This document shows, piece after piece, positions 12,066 through 25,862 of a DNA stretch of 64,000 nucleotides. The notes below the pieces were generated by a model. The model did no database searches, had not been told where the DNA came from, and saw only the letters and a list, made by a program, of their open reading frames with translations. The DNA comes from Iphione sp. A-MEVVRFRX5. Taxonomy: Eukaryota. The position numbers and the translations under genes were made by a program. Each line of letters opens with the position of its first letter. The first letter of the stretch is position 1. The stretch is taken from contig OZ320320.1 in NCBI GenBank assembly GCA_976226885.1, forward strand, positions 83,514,001 to 83,578,000, written 5' to 3'.

Positions 12066-14891
12066 ATAAACAAACAAACTATAAATTTCGATCTAATACT
12101 GGATCAATCCCGTAGTAACCCTAGTTGTAACGTCAACACATATACTGGTCACAGCTACACACGTTGTCTCATTCAGTCATTTGTCCCCTCCTTGTAGGCC
12201 TATACCTTATAAACAGTTTCATTCTCCTTTAACATACCTCATATAGACAGAGAAAGGTTAAAATGCAGTGTATTCCCACGTCATTTGCCAAACTAGTTTG
12301 TCAAAATTAGGTGTCAAATGCTGGTAAAGGGTATTTGATCGTTTTAAGACGTGTATACAAGGACAAAATTCACAGATCGCTTTTACCGATGTAACAGTGG
12401 CCGGCCAGTCTGCAGCTTGCCAGTAAGGCCGGAATGTTAACCTCAAACAAACAAAGAAGTCTAGCATTGAAGTCAATGGTAAGCCATATTCTTTTTGGTT
12501 TAATTACAAATAGAATTGAATGCTTCTGGGTCCATTAACAACGATGTACTGCAACCTTGGAACTTTGGTGTCAAGTAGTTGACCGTCTGAATGGTAAAAC
12601 TATGACACAGTCCAGGGGCTTTCACATGTTATATAATTACACTACTTATATAAAAAGGCATCGTGTCGGAAATCCGGTTTGGTTAAGTGAATTCTGGGAG
12701 AAAAAGGCAATTCAAAATGGCGGAATCGTATCGATTCGATTTTTCCTCATTCAAATTTGGAGAGATTTGACCATTTTACAGCAAACCAAGATAGAATTAA
12801 CTTTAAAAAATCATAAATGCATCTTTTTGAAGTGGTTCCATTAATTTTTGTCTATAAATTTCGATTCGACAACACTCTGCGTAACATTCCGAACTCATCC
12901 TGGTACCCCTCCCTTGATTTCGAGCGAACATAAGGTATGGGAACCAGGACAATTGTAATTCCCGCTTGGCGGCGAACTTTTCGTGAATATAATCGGATTT
13001 TAGCAAAAACTCAGGTGAATTTCACCGAAATACCATCAAAACTCAGGTGAATTCGTCTAAAAGTCGTCAAAACTTAGGCATAATCATCCGAAAATCCGGA
13101 AAACTCAGGTGAATTCATCAGAAAAGCGTCAAATCTAAGGTAATTTTGTCCGAAAATCCGTATGAAAAATAAAAAATCTTGCGAAGCACACTGGTACATA
13201 TATAACAAAGCATCTCCTGTATTATACCTTGCAGCTGTACATGATATGTTAAACTAAAGTCATCTATTCCAAAGACGTCAGTTTTTTGTCGGTCAGCAAA
13301 GCCTTGAACAACAGCTTGTCAGTGACAGATCGAACACACGTCAAAGACGTTTCTCATTGGTTGGGGGGGAGAGGGGAATAGGTCCAGACGGGATTGATAA
13401 ACCTGCATGTGACTTGGAGTGATATGCTCTCTTGTGTGAGATATTATAGATAGGTAAAGGTGTGAGATATTATAGATAGGTAAAGGGATAAAAATGTGTT
13501 AGTTTAAAGCCAGAATTCTTAAATTTGTTTTGATGCAGCCCATATTACGGGCCTCGCCCTTGCCTGGCGACCCTTACCTAAGTTGTTCATTAATATAAGT
13601 ATCATGCTGCAGAGGTGCACCTCTAACTGAACATATTTCCCACCTGCCTAAAGTTGCATGCTCCTATATAGGAATCCCTAATTGAGAGAATCTAGAGCTC
13701 GCGGAGAGGCAGATCAGCAGGGTGCAACGAGCACGTGTGAAATGCGCAGTAGGAGATCAACCTCTATCTACGTATACACATAGATATACATAAATTGGGG
13801 GGTTTTCTTTTGCATGTATGTGCATTTATCTTGAAGGGAACATTTGCAATGTAGTGAAATAAACCAGAAAGGCTATGCTACATACTGTACCACTTTCTAA
13901 ACCTTTTACTAAATCTGTCTGTGACCTTTATTTTTGTATCTTTCTGACAGTCATTCTCTTCAGCCCTACACACGTAAGCATCTACGTAAATAATATCTGT
14001 GCAAAAATGTCAACCGGGGGGGTGGGAAGGCAGAATGGAAAAATAACATCAGAAGCTGTCTGTACTGGGAGCTCGACGTAAACCAAGGGTCTAATATTCT
14101 AGTAAGGACAATGCGACGCCCACAAAGCACAAAGCAGGTCTGGTTATTTTCGTCTGAGATATTAATAGCACAGACTCCAGACTGTTTACATATGGGAATG
14201 GCGTATTTATATCAGGTTTGAGCGCTGAATATGCATTACTTAGAAACAAAACAGGCTTTCTACGGTGTCTGCATGTTCGGTATTATCTCTTCAAGTACAT
14301 GCGCTCAGGTGCTGATGGTCTGTGGCACTTGCAGCAGTCACTCTAAAGTTTGTTTCTATTTTCTATGTACATTTATAGCTTACGGGTTTTTTTTTTTTTT
14401 TGGGGGGGGGTCAAGAAAGGGGATATTTTTATATCTCTCTGCTTGGGTTTTTGTTATATGGTCACCTGGCCTCCTACTTAACCCTTTGCTAACGCATCCA
14501 TGAAATTACCGTTTTCCTTCGGAAACAGGTCACATGATCGAATGGCATTTCAGACAGCATTTTGAAATCAAATTCAGCTAGGGAATCACGTCATAACTAA
14601 TTTGCTCTTCGGTAAGATCCTGAACATTTAACCCATTTACATTCATTGGAGTCTGTTACATTGTATATCCTTATGGAGTACGACAGCTTGTGGTTTTGTA
14701 CAAGAATGTAGGTACTCCTAATATTGATAGTTTACATATTTATTGCATTATTTGCCATAATCAAGCTCTCCTAGAAACCACTTTCGATGGGAACAGACCA
14801 GCTGGGTTCCCCTAATTAGCTGTGACTTTTTTTTAAGTGTATGAGATATGTCGACCTTACAGAAAAGTTCATAAGTAAAGGAAATCAAATA

Positions 14892-15070
14892 CAGTGGAGT
14901 CTTAATTTGCGACCACATCAATTTCAGACCAATCTTGCTATTATGACCAGTACAGCTTGGCACAAAAGTTTGGTTTCCTACACATAGTAGTAATCTATTT
15001 ATGACCAAATTTGCTATTACGACCAGTTCACCTTGGTCCCAAGGGGTGGCTGTAAATTAAGACTCCACTG
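14892..15070. mobile_element. Tc1/mariner-pogo type MITE
   Basis: TIR CAGTGGAGTCTTAATTT with TA on both flanks. Similar CAGTGGAA MITEs at ~23403-23570, 32834-33010 and ~45205-45384. Confidence 0.8.
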
Positions 15071-16080
15071 TACATGTCTTTTCAATTACAGATTTGAACT
15101 TTCTTATAAATTTATACAACACATTTGATTAGTGCTAACAAGTATTCACATAGTTATTAGTGGGGAGGCTTTGCATATTGTGTACTGACATGGGATGCAT
15201 GACATCACAGACAGTGATAAAATATGGCCAAATTTATTTTTCAAAAAAACAAATCTGGACACGAAAACACCCACAAAATCACTCCCTGAACACTTTGGTG
15301 ATTGGAATTCCTCTATAAATTTGATAATTATTTTGGTTTTATTAGAAATTCTGTAAATTTATGTAAACATTATAGAACCTTAGTCGACCACACTAGATAT
15401 TGAGAATGAGAATGAGAATTTTTTTTATTCATTTCTCGATGTAACGCGGTAAAGGAGGTCTTCCGGTGAAAGTCATACAGGTTAGCTGAGTACGAGGGGC
15501 AAATTACACAAACATAAATAGACGTTTTGTTACACAGAGATTTCTCCATCGTCTTCACCGGTGACAAAGGGTTTTTTTGTCTGTACAGATAACAGAGTGT
15601 TCCCTTATGTCACACCTGCAAACCCGGAATGATGTGCAACACATCGAAGTAAATGGTAGTTTGGACCCTAGCGTAGTGTTATTGCTCAGCCTGTTGAAAC
15701 CTCGCTGGCTAATGCAGGGCGATAGAGACTGTGGCGCGCCCCCACGTCCACAATGCCAGCGGTCTGGCGCTATTTCCGGGTGTTGCCAGACCGATGGTAC
15801 AATAAGGGTCACTCGTCAATAGGCCGCACTGAATATATAATGTTGAAGGGGTCACTGGTACCCCCGTAGGCACTTAATATAGTGCATTTATTGTATAACT
15901 GTTCGGCGAAATTCACCAGCCACGCCAAACGTCCGCACTATGTACGGAAATATATACAGCAGGTATGCAACAAGGCAACGGTTGCAGGGACCCAGATGTC
16001 CCTCTTAGGAAGGGGGGAGGGGTTCTCTTTCTCTGGTACCATAAACCCACGGCACGCTCTCTATTCTGTCTGACCCTGTG

Positions 16081-16310
16081 CCATTCACAGTGGATGGCAC
16101 CCCCTCCTCCCTCCCTTCTAGTAAGGCCGCCTCTCTGAACCTGTTTCTGTTTCTGTTTCTGTTTCACAGTGGATGGCACCCCCCTCCCCCCTCCCTCTAG
16201 TAAGGCTGCCTCTCTGAACCTGTTTCTGTTTCTGTTTCACAGTGGATGGCACCCTCCACCCCTCCTCCTCCAGTAAGGCTGCCTCTCTGAATCTGTTTCT
16301 TCCTGGACAG
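16081..16310 (+). repeat. ~70-80-bp tandem triplication immediately upstream of the first coding exon
   Basis: Unit TTCACAG-TGGATGGCACCCC...CTA-GTAAGGCTGCCTCTCTGAACCTGTTTCTG, three copies. Confidence 0.9.
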
Positions 16311-16323
16311 GGCGCCGTGTAGC

Positions 16324-19300
16324 ATGGCTCTAGCGGTGGCTTTATGGCTTCTAGCCGTGGTTCATTGGGCTCCTCAGGGCGCTCATGGGGAAGTCACAGG
16401 TGAGGGAATATGATGGCATCCTACAGTTCATTGTTAGTGTACCCATAATGTAAACAGAGATTTATCGAGCCAAATAGGCCTCTTCATTTTATTCTGGTAA
16501 CAACAAATTTAACATATATTACTACATTATGTGTATTACTTAGATCATATTAGATATAGCAGCTTTATTCTATGTTTTCTTCGTGCAGCTGTTAACTGTG
16601 GAGCCGTTCGGAGTGATCCTCATGCAATTCAAGTAAGCCTCAATATCACAGAAGGTGTGGCAATGTTCAAGTGTCTCGATGGCTTTACAAGCAAGGATTT
16701 AACAACAGAATACAACATATCTTGTACCAATGGAACGTGGGAGCTGACAGACATTTTCTGTGAAAGTGAGATATTCCTCAAAACACTGTATCCATGTTTT
16801 AGTCAGAACATTATTGCTTACAAATCTTCCTGTCATTGACCATTAACCAATTTTCACATATTATGAAACATGTTGTTGGTGGCTTTATTATGAGAATATT
16901 CGTTCAGTTTCATACTAAATGAATATATATATACTATTGTTGTATTTAAATTATCATTTATTGTACATGAAAAGCTCCATGCCACATGGAGATGTTAATT
17001 AAAATCATCAACACAGATAATCTCATGCTTCCAGTTGACATTGATGAATGCAAGGAAAACCTGCATGCATGTAACATTAGTGGACATGAAATGTGTCTGA
17101 ATACTTATGGATCCTACACATGCATGTGCCACCCAGGTTTCTTTCGGGAAAGTCAGATGAATAGATGTGAGGGTAAGTTGATCCACATCTCACCAAAGTG
17201 GCCACCCAAAAATACAGGTAACCTTATGGAAATGGTATCTTTGCTAGGTTGCATTCACATAGAAGCTCTCACAAATATTACTCTTGAAGAAAAGCAAACT
17301 TTACAATAGGGTCCAGAAATGCCAGTCAGTCAAACACTCAGTATATTATTTTTCTCAATGTCCGAAGTAATTCTTATGGAACCATTAACCCTTTAACGAC
17401 CAACAATGGTAAAATGCACATGATTATGCATAATTTTTGGTGATGGATGCAAAATTGCAGATCATAATACAATGTTATTAATCTATAGACCAAAACAAAT
17501 GAGGTATCAAAAGATTGCAAATCACTTAAGATGTGCTCAATAGTAAGTTTTTCTCTAAAACCAATATTAATAACTCTTTCTTGCCATATGTTGCCAGTAA
17601 GTGGAAATTTCTCATTAATTTTAGATAAAATGGCCCCTACTCAGGACTATCCTCTTACCATGGCAACTGAAATGTAGGAACAAAATTAATGCTAAATCAA
17701 AGTACAATTCTTATGGTTTACAGTGATGCATGGTATGATGTCAATTTTATCTATATACACCTGTTAGGTGGAGAGCTAATCTTTTATCTCTGGTCCCACA
17801 GGCAAAAACATGATTTTTCCTGGTCGTTAAAGGGTTAAAATGTCACCGAATTTTTCTGATGTTATTTCAAGGGCAATTGCCAGACATAGACCTTGTTCAT
17901 TAAAAGCCTGTAATTCAGTTTGCAGTTACATTGCTCAGAGGACAAAATTACATACAGTTACTTAAAATCACAGGAAATATATTCTATTTTTCTCCCTGCA
18001 GCTATAAACTGTGGATCTGTAAGGAGTGACCCTCATGCAGTTCAAGTAGGCCTGGATGGCAGGGATGATGTTGCCACATTCAAGTGTTTGGATGGTTTCA
18101 CAAGCAAGGATTTAAGAACAGAATACAACATATCTTGTGCCAATGGAACATGGGAACTGCAAGATGTTTTCTGTGAAAGTAAGATACTCCTCAAGACGCC
18201 CTTCACATTATTATATCAGAAATTTATTGCTTACACATCTTCCTGTCTGCAACAACAAATAATTGTTTCTATCACATGAAGCATTTTGTTGGAGGCTTTA
18301 TTGTCTGAATATGCATTTAGTTTTATACAGTTGATTTCATTATTTCTAGTGGACATTGATGAATGCGAGGAAAATTTGCATGTTTGTAATGTTAGTGAAC
18401 AAGAAATATGTCTCAATACTTATGGATCCTATACATGCATATGTCATCATGGCTACATTCGGAACAGTCAGATGAACAAATGTGAAGGTAAGTTGATCCA
18501 GAAGACTGACCAAAGTGGCCACTCAAAAATAAAGTTAACTGCCGAGAGAGGGCATCTTTGCTACATGGTATTCACATAGAAGCTGTTAGAAATATAACTC
18601 TGTATAACACAAAGTGAACACCACACCAGTAGGTTTGATTTCCTCAGCCTTTATTCTGAATCAGCATACAGCACTTGGTGGGTGTGACGAGAGCATCATA
18701 ACACTTTCCTTATGTATACTAACTTGAGTCTGAACACTGCACACAAGGTTGCACATCTCAAAAACAACCATTAATTACAACAACTTGAACAACGGGTAAT
18801 CAATTGGTTTTACACCTGGTGACATAATACAGAGGTTACTCGAAAACTGAACACTCAAAAACCGAATTTTCCCAAATCCGAATGATATTTTGGGGAACCA
18901 AACATGTCTCTATTTAGACACTCATATATATCCGAACACTTGTATTCACAATCCGAATGATTTTAGGACAAATTTGGACCATTTTTGGATGAATTTGGAC
19001 CATTTTTTGATGAATTTGGCTGAATTTTGCAGATTTTCGGACTAATAAGGACCATTTTTGCCAATTTTTGGAAGAATTTGCCAATTTTCAGATGATTTTT
19101 GCTACTGTTTGCTGGTATTAAAAGTGTTGAGGTAGGGCTGGGGCCCCCCTAACTGAGTGAAATTGACAGTGGCCTCAGGCCACTATTCAAAATCTGAATT
19201 ATCCCAAAACCAAACGATTTTGGTGGAAACAGCGATCATTCGGTTTTGGAATATCCTCTGTAGTGCCAACTGTCCAGGGACATTGGTAGATATAGGCAAT

Positions 19301-22300
19301 AAGAGAACATTGTCGAACATTCTACAAACAAGCCTTTTATTGTAAGAACAAAGTGTTTACCACAGTGGAAGTCATATAGAAACTGTTTTACCAGAACACA
19401 AGTATGTGCAAAAATTTTGTTGCTGGCTTTAGTTACAAGTATATACTTCATACACAGCTTTAAGTAATTGTACCTGTACCCTTTACATTACATAGTGCTG
19501 TGAGAACAATATTACTAACAATACAATGTTCCATCCAACTGAGCACTGTGATATACTGGGAAGAAGAGAAACTCTACATTAAGGTCAAGAAAGGCTAGGC
19601 ATTTAAACAATCAGCATACTAATTTTCCCTATATCCCAAAACACATTGTTAAGGAACCATTCAAACTTTGTTAATATATAAATCAGATTTCATTTTAGAT
19701 ATATTTGCCAGACATGGACCTTAATCAATAAGCAAATGCATAATTCAGTTTGCACTTACATAAGCATTTGATATGTAACAGACTAACCTTTTGTTATATT
19801 GTATTCCTATTGCTATGAATGCAGAACTCATAGTGATAACATACTTGATTTTTTTTTAATGAAACTTACATTACTAGTACTGTACACACATGGTTTTCCA
19901 AGTTGATATTATACATAGTAACTTAAATCATGTTACACACAGAAAATTTATCCTATGTTTTCTCCCTGCAGCATTTACATGTGGAGCTGTAAGGAGTGAC
20001 CCTCATGCAGTTCAAGTAGGCCTGGATAGCAGGGATGATGTTGCCACATTCAAGTGTCTGGATGGCTTTACAATCAAGGATTTAAGAACAGAATATAACA
20101 TATCTTGTGCCAATGGAATGTGGGAAGTGACAGATGTTTTCTGTGAAAGTGAGATACTCCTCAAGATGCTCTAAACATCATTATATCAGAACTTTTATTG
20201 CTTACAAAACTTCCTCTCATTGATGATAAAATGTTATTTTTTGGATAGCATGAAACATTTTTGGCCAAGCTGTACTGTCTGAGTATGCATTCAGTTTTAT
20301 AGTGCTAATCTTATATTTCCAGCTGATATTGATGAATGCAAAGAAAACCTACATGCTTGCAACACAAGTGGACATGAAATGTGTCTGAATACTTATGGAT
20401 CCTACACATGCACATGCCATCCAGGTTTCATTTGGAAAAGTCAGATGAATAGATGCGAGGGTAGGTTCATCAGGAACACATTCATCAATGTGACAACTTG
20501 ATAATAAGGACAAACCTGTAGAGAGGGCATCTTTACCAGGTTGTATTCACACACATGCTATCATAAATATATTATTTTCTACATCTAAAAACATATTGTT
20601 AAGGAACCCTTTCATCTTTACCAATATATATTTCCACTCTCATTTCAAAGACTTTTGCCAGATATAGACACTGTACAATAAAACTGTGTAATTATATTTG
20701 CAGTTATATTGCTCAGAATAAATACACTTTATATTTAAATGACTAAATTTTTGTTCAATTGTGTTCTCACCATTATAAATGCAGAACAGATATTGATCAC
20801 ATAGTGGATTATTTTGGATAAGAATCAAGTTATTTGTATTGTAGATAAGCCTGCAATAGTAATGTTTTACAAACCAATATTAAATCATGTTACACACAGG
20901 AGATTTTTTTTATGTTTTATACCTGCAGCTTTTGACTGTGGAGCCGTAAGGAGTGATCCTAATGCAGTTCAAGTAGGCATCAATACAATGGATGGTGTTG
21001 CCATGTTCAAGTGTCTGAATGGCTTTACAAACATGGATTTAAGAACAGAATACAACATATCTTGCACCAATGGAATGTGGGAAGTGACAAATGTTTACTG
21101 CGAAAGTGAGATATTCCTCTAAAAGTTGTTCGGATCAATATATTTGATAAATCTTCTTGTCATTTATAAAATTTCTGGCATGGCATGAAATATTTCATGG
21201 GTCCCTTTATTGTCTGAATATGCATTCAATTTTATAGTTAATATCATGCTTCCAGGTGACATTGATGAATGCAAGGAAAACTTGCATGCTTGTAATATGA
21301 AAGGACATGAAATATGTCTCAACACTTACGGATCCTATACATGTATGTGCCAACAAGGCTACATTTGGAATAGTCAGATGAATAAATGTGAAGGTAAGTT
21401 GATCAAGAAGACTCTGACCAATGTGGCTACTCAATATTAAGTTTAACTGCCTAGAGAGGACATCTTCGCTAGGTTGTATTCACATAGAAGCTGTCAGAAA
21501 TATAACTCTCGAAGAAGAGAAGCTCTACATTAGGGTCAAGAAAGGTCAGTCAGTCATACTTTTTTCCATGTCCAAACAAATTATTAAGGAACAATCCCAG
21601 CCAACATAGCAGTCATAAAAAGTTGTTTGTATAAAACATTTTAAATGAAAGTTTTCATAGTGTTTTCCTAACCAGTTTAGAAATCGTTTTTAGAACATTT
21701 TCATTAAAGCACCTGTAAAAAATTTTTGAAAAAAAGAGTGACACCAATGTCTGTGCAGGGTTTGAAGCCGAGTCCTCAGCATGAGCAGTGTCCATACATA
21801 GCACATGATGACTCTGGCACTCCTATCCAATGTGCCATAGGGGCTTGATTAGCATGATTCTTTTATTCCTTGCAGGGTTAACCATTGTACAACAGTTAGA
21901 GCTTTCATTATTAACTTCGCAATTAATGTAGGAGGAGACCACTACAACCCCCCCCTTTTATTATCATATTTTCAGGAATTAAATGTTTTTTAGCATGATC
22001 TCCGAAAATATTTACCTCTTTTTCATAAATTCAATACATTTTAAGCCATATCTCACTTTCATAAATCAAATCACATTTTTAGTACCATCTCCAGAAATGT
22101 TTTCCACTTTTTCATTAAGTAAATGCATCTTCAGTATAACCTCCAGAAATATTTCCTGTTTTCTTTCATTGATATGGAGGGAGACGTATTCCCACCACCC
22201 ATACACACATAGCCTCCCTTTGTCCTATTTTTTAAATCACCTCACCATGCAACACCTATTGTCTGGCCGTCCTCCTGTAGGTATTGAAGTTCCCACACCA

Positions 22301-25300
22301 CCTCAATTGTTACCCCCATCCTCTGCCGTGCTCCTGTCACTCTAGAAGTCTTCACACCTCCTCAGGTGCTACTCCGGTCCTTAGCCATACTCCTGTCACT
22401 CTCAGAAGGTCCCACACTGCTCTAGGTGCTAGCCCCATGCTTAGCTCTTCTCCTATGGTTGTTAGAAGGTCCCATACCTCCTTATGTGGAAGAAATGTTA
22501 GGAGAAAACATTTTTAGAATTTTCTAAGATGGTTGCAAGTGTTATAACCAATTAAAAATGTTACAAAATGCTTTTAAAACGTTGTGGACTGCCTGGGACT
22601 TAAACGTTACCAATATATTTCCACTCTCATTTCAAGCACAGTTCAAGCATATCTTATATTCTCTCCGTTGTAAATACAGAATTTATAGTGATCACATATT
22701 AATTTGATTGATTTTGGATGTAAATCACATTATTTTGTATTGTACACACAAATCAACGCAAACACAGATAATCCTACAATGGGTATGGCTTACAAGTCAA
22801 GCAAGTAGAGGCATGTACAGGCCCCAGATATGTAATTTGTACTTTTAATTAAACTTACAAGATGATAGAATGCGATAATTTTGGAATTATAGATATCCTT
22901 CCCTATTATCATGTCACAACCCACTTAACTAATGTCCCTTTGTTCCTAGCTTCTTAAAATTATAACAATATTCAGATAGTTGTTGTGGAACCTTAGTCAC
23001 AAAGTAAGGTTTTGCAATTTCGTTTTTGATTCACCTTTCTCTTTGTTTCTCTGCAGTTTCCATGCCTAATTGTGACTTTTATAATATGCTGGATCTCTGC
23101 GTCCATGGGGAATGCTTTATGAATGCATCAATGTATCCAACATGCCGGTATGATACCATTTATAATATGGATGTATAGCCCCTAAGGCTGCCCAAAACGT
23201 ATCTGTGTTTCCGGTAACCTGACCGACCCTTCATAGAAGCCATTTGTAACCTTTTTATTTATTATTTTGTGATTATCTTCAGATTGAACCGTGTATTAAA
23301 CTCGCACCATACACTATAGTGTTCCTTAGGGTACTAGCTTCCATTTGTTATAAGTGTCATTAAAATCTAAGAAGCAGAAATGGTATTACCCTCTATACAT
23401 GTACAGTGGAAAGCCTCTAATCAGGGCACCCTTTGTTCTGTCCCTATTTGAGACGTGTCCCCATTAGAGACTTCTTTTCATATAAGACAAATAGGACCTG
23501 TTCTTTCTAGAAGTGTCCCTATTAGGGACATGTCCCTATTGGAGACGTGTCCCTAAGGTGGCTTTCTACTATATATACCTTTCAGTATCCATTAACATTG
23601 AGGAAGAAAAAGAGGAAGGAAAACAAACACCTACTAAGTGACCCTCTATTTTGTCAGGATGTTACCCCAAACATAGATATTTTTAGGCCTTGTCAACTGA
23701 TAGGCATAAAAGTATCCCATTTCATTGTGGGAAACTTAAATGGCAGTGCAAATGTTTACATAATTCTTTCTTAAAGTAATTTGCACCTTCAGTTGATTCT
23801 TTTTTATAATGGTTTCATAGTAAGAGGCCTCAGGCCTCACGCCACAATAACCCACGAAATTGAAGCCTGTATCTAGAAAAATATGTTGTTACTGTCTTAA
23901 ATTAAAATGTGTTTTGTTAATGAATTATCTTGATGAAAAAAAACAGCTTCAGCCTCAGTATAGCTTTCTCTAGTGGATCTGGCCTGTAATTTGTACATTC
24001 ATCAGATTTCATCCATTGATATATTTTACTCGGCACTCTCCCTTCACTGAAAAAGAAATTTACCTTCATTACCAACCCCCCCTCAACAGCTGCGAGCTGG
24101 GATACCATGGTCGGTTCTGTCAGCGAGAACCCTGCGATGGCCTGGTGTGTGTCTATGGTACATGCAGCCTCGATGACTCGGGACACAGTTTCTGTCAGTA
24201 AGTATTTCCCCTGCTGTCTATGATGTATTCTTATCAGCTGTGCAAGTATTGTTGAGATCAGGGTTACCATGGGAAAATATTTAGCACAAACCCTGTGATG
24301 GCCTGGTGTGTATAAGGTACATGCACCATCGATAACTTTGGAGAAAGTTTCTGCCAGTATGTTGTTCCCCTGCTGCCCAAACCCTGTGATGGCCTGGTGT
24401 GTGTCTATGGTATATGCAGCATCATTGGCTCGGGTCAAAGTTTCTGTCAGTAAGTGTGTCCCCGACTGTTTATGATATAATCATATCAGCCATGCAAGTA
24501 TAGTTGAGAGCAAGGTTGCCATGAGGAGTGCACTTTCAGTGTGAACCCTGCGATGGCCTGATATGTGTCAATGGTACATGTGGCATTAATGACTTGGGAG
24601 AATGTTCATTTCAGTAAGTATGTCCCCTGCTGTCTATGACATAATCATACCAGCTGTGCAAGTATGGTGGAGATCTGGGTAGCTATGAGAAATACATTTA
24701 GTTTGAAAAATAGTAGTTGAGCCGACTGGGGAGAGGGGGAGGATGCTTGTTTGTGAGGACTTCCTTCTTCTACAGCTCCTATGTCTACCTTCACTTACAT
24801 CCAAAACCAGCGAAGGTAAAGGTTTCAACCCTGAAAATTATACTTGACATTTTTTGTAATGATACAATCATTAAAATGCTTATTATGCTTATTGTAATTC
24901 CTTGTATTAATTTGGCATTATGGACAAATTATGTCTATGATTTTGTTTACGTAATTGTTTATATTAAGTGACTATGGAGATGATAATTATCTGAATTTTG
25001 TTTTACTTTAAATCCCTTTTATATAACAGTGGGAGCAATTTTATCTCCAGGCCTGGAATCCATTAAAAAGTGTCTGTTGTTAAACGTATTCTGAAAGTTA
25101 CGTAAAATCCACTACTAATCTGCATGTAAATTAATCAGTCTGGTTTAAGTGCTTGTATTTTGGACAATCAAGAAAGTATAGCACTGTTTGGTAATAATTC
25201 TTCCACCTAACCTGTATGCCCATTTACCAGACCACTCTCCAACACACAGTTACATCCACCTATGTTGTCATCCTCTTAATAGTCCCATCAAGTATTACTG

Positions 25301-25862
25301 ATTTTGGTTTATTTTAGTAGGAAAGTAAAAACTATGCCATTCCTTCTTAATTCTTTCAAAAAGATTTCTGGCTCTTTGACAATTCAGCTGCATTCACTTG
25401 ATCATGAGAAAAAATCGTTTGAGTAGATCAAAGCGGAGGTTTCAATGGTGAATCTCACGCTTGTGTGATGTTATAGTTTTGCTGATTCAGTCAGAAATCG
25501 ATTCCACTGAGGCACTACTCATGGTACCTAATATAACACAAAGTGGCACACAAGTTACATAATGTGACATGGTGACCATTTATAAAAGGGAGCTGAGAGA
25601 GTAACAACATGGTAAACAAATTCACTAAAGTCACACAAACCTGTGCAGACAGCCAGATTGACTACTAAGTCAAAAAAGTATCATATGATTTTTATTGTCT
25701 TCTTGTTTTTATCATAGATGTCTGACGGGCCATTATGGTGCATTTTGTGAGGATGGGCTATCGCTTGAATTCATCGCAGCAATTTTGGCCTCATCAGTTG
25801 GGATTTTTGTACTTATTTTTGGCATTGGTTTGGTGATAGCTTCCTGTAGAAGAAGTGAATAG
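16324..25862 (+). CDS. Type I membrane protein: signal peptide-(Sushi/CCP + calcium-binding EGF)x4-EGF-EGF-TM-short tail, 559 aa, 12 exons
   Basis: GT-AG exons in compatible phase: 16324-16399 (MALAVALWLLAVVHWAPQGAHG), 16589-16765, 17035-17172, 18002-18178, 18350-18487, 19972-20148, 20323-20460, 20929-21105, 21256-21393, 23057-23147, 24090-24197, 25718-25862; total 1680 nt. Sushi: C...ATFKCLDGF...ISCxNGxW...FC. cbEGF: DIDEC...CLNTYGSYTCxC. TM: FIAAILASSVGIFVLIFGIGLVIASC. Confidence 0.9.
17389..17834. mobile_element. piggyBac-type MITE in an intron
   Basis: TIR CCCTTTAACGACC with TTAA TSD at 17385-17388 and 17835-17838. Confidence 0.9.
18830..19260. mobile_element. Tc1/mariner-type MITE; second copy in the opposite orientation at 50878-51258
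   Basis: TIR CAGAGG(T/A)TA(C/T)TC with TA flanks. The internal sequence matches the reverse complement of the 50878-51258 copy. Confidence 0.85.
21596..22597. mobile_element. Non-autonomous DNA transposon with CCCAG termini (CMC/EnSpm-like), containing a tRNA-SINE-like fragment (~21745-21850, minus strand)
   Basis: Termini CCCAGCCAAC / GACTGCCTGGG. The element is absent from the paralogous introns of repeats 2 and 3, which fixes its boundaries. Confidence 0.65.
24198..24620 (+). repeat. Three degenerate tandem copies of the 3' half of EGF exon 11 plus its donor site
   Basis: AACCCTG(C/T)GATGGCCTG...TTTCTG(T/C)CA|GTA(A/T)GT recurs, with donor GTs at 24357, 24450 and 24614. Confidence 0.85.

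Noticed and set aside
11477-12197. ORFs of 198, 107 and 68 aa
   Set aside because: Translations of GA and GACA microsatellites.
12266-13193. Possible CAGTGT-ended DNA transposon with subterminal AAAACTCAGGTGAATT repeats
   Set aside because: Only a 6-bp TIR match and no TSD; boundaries cannot be supported.
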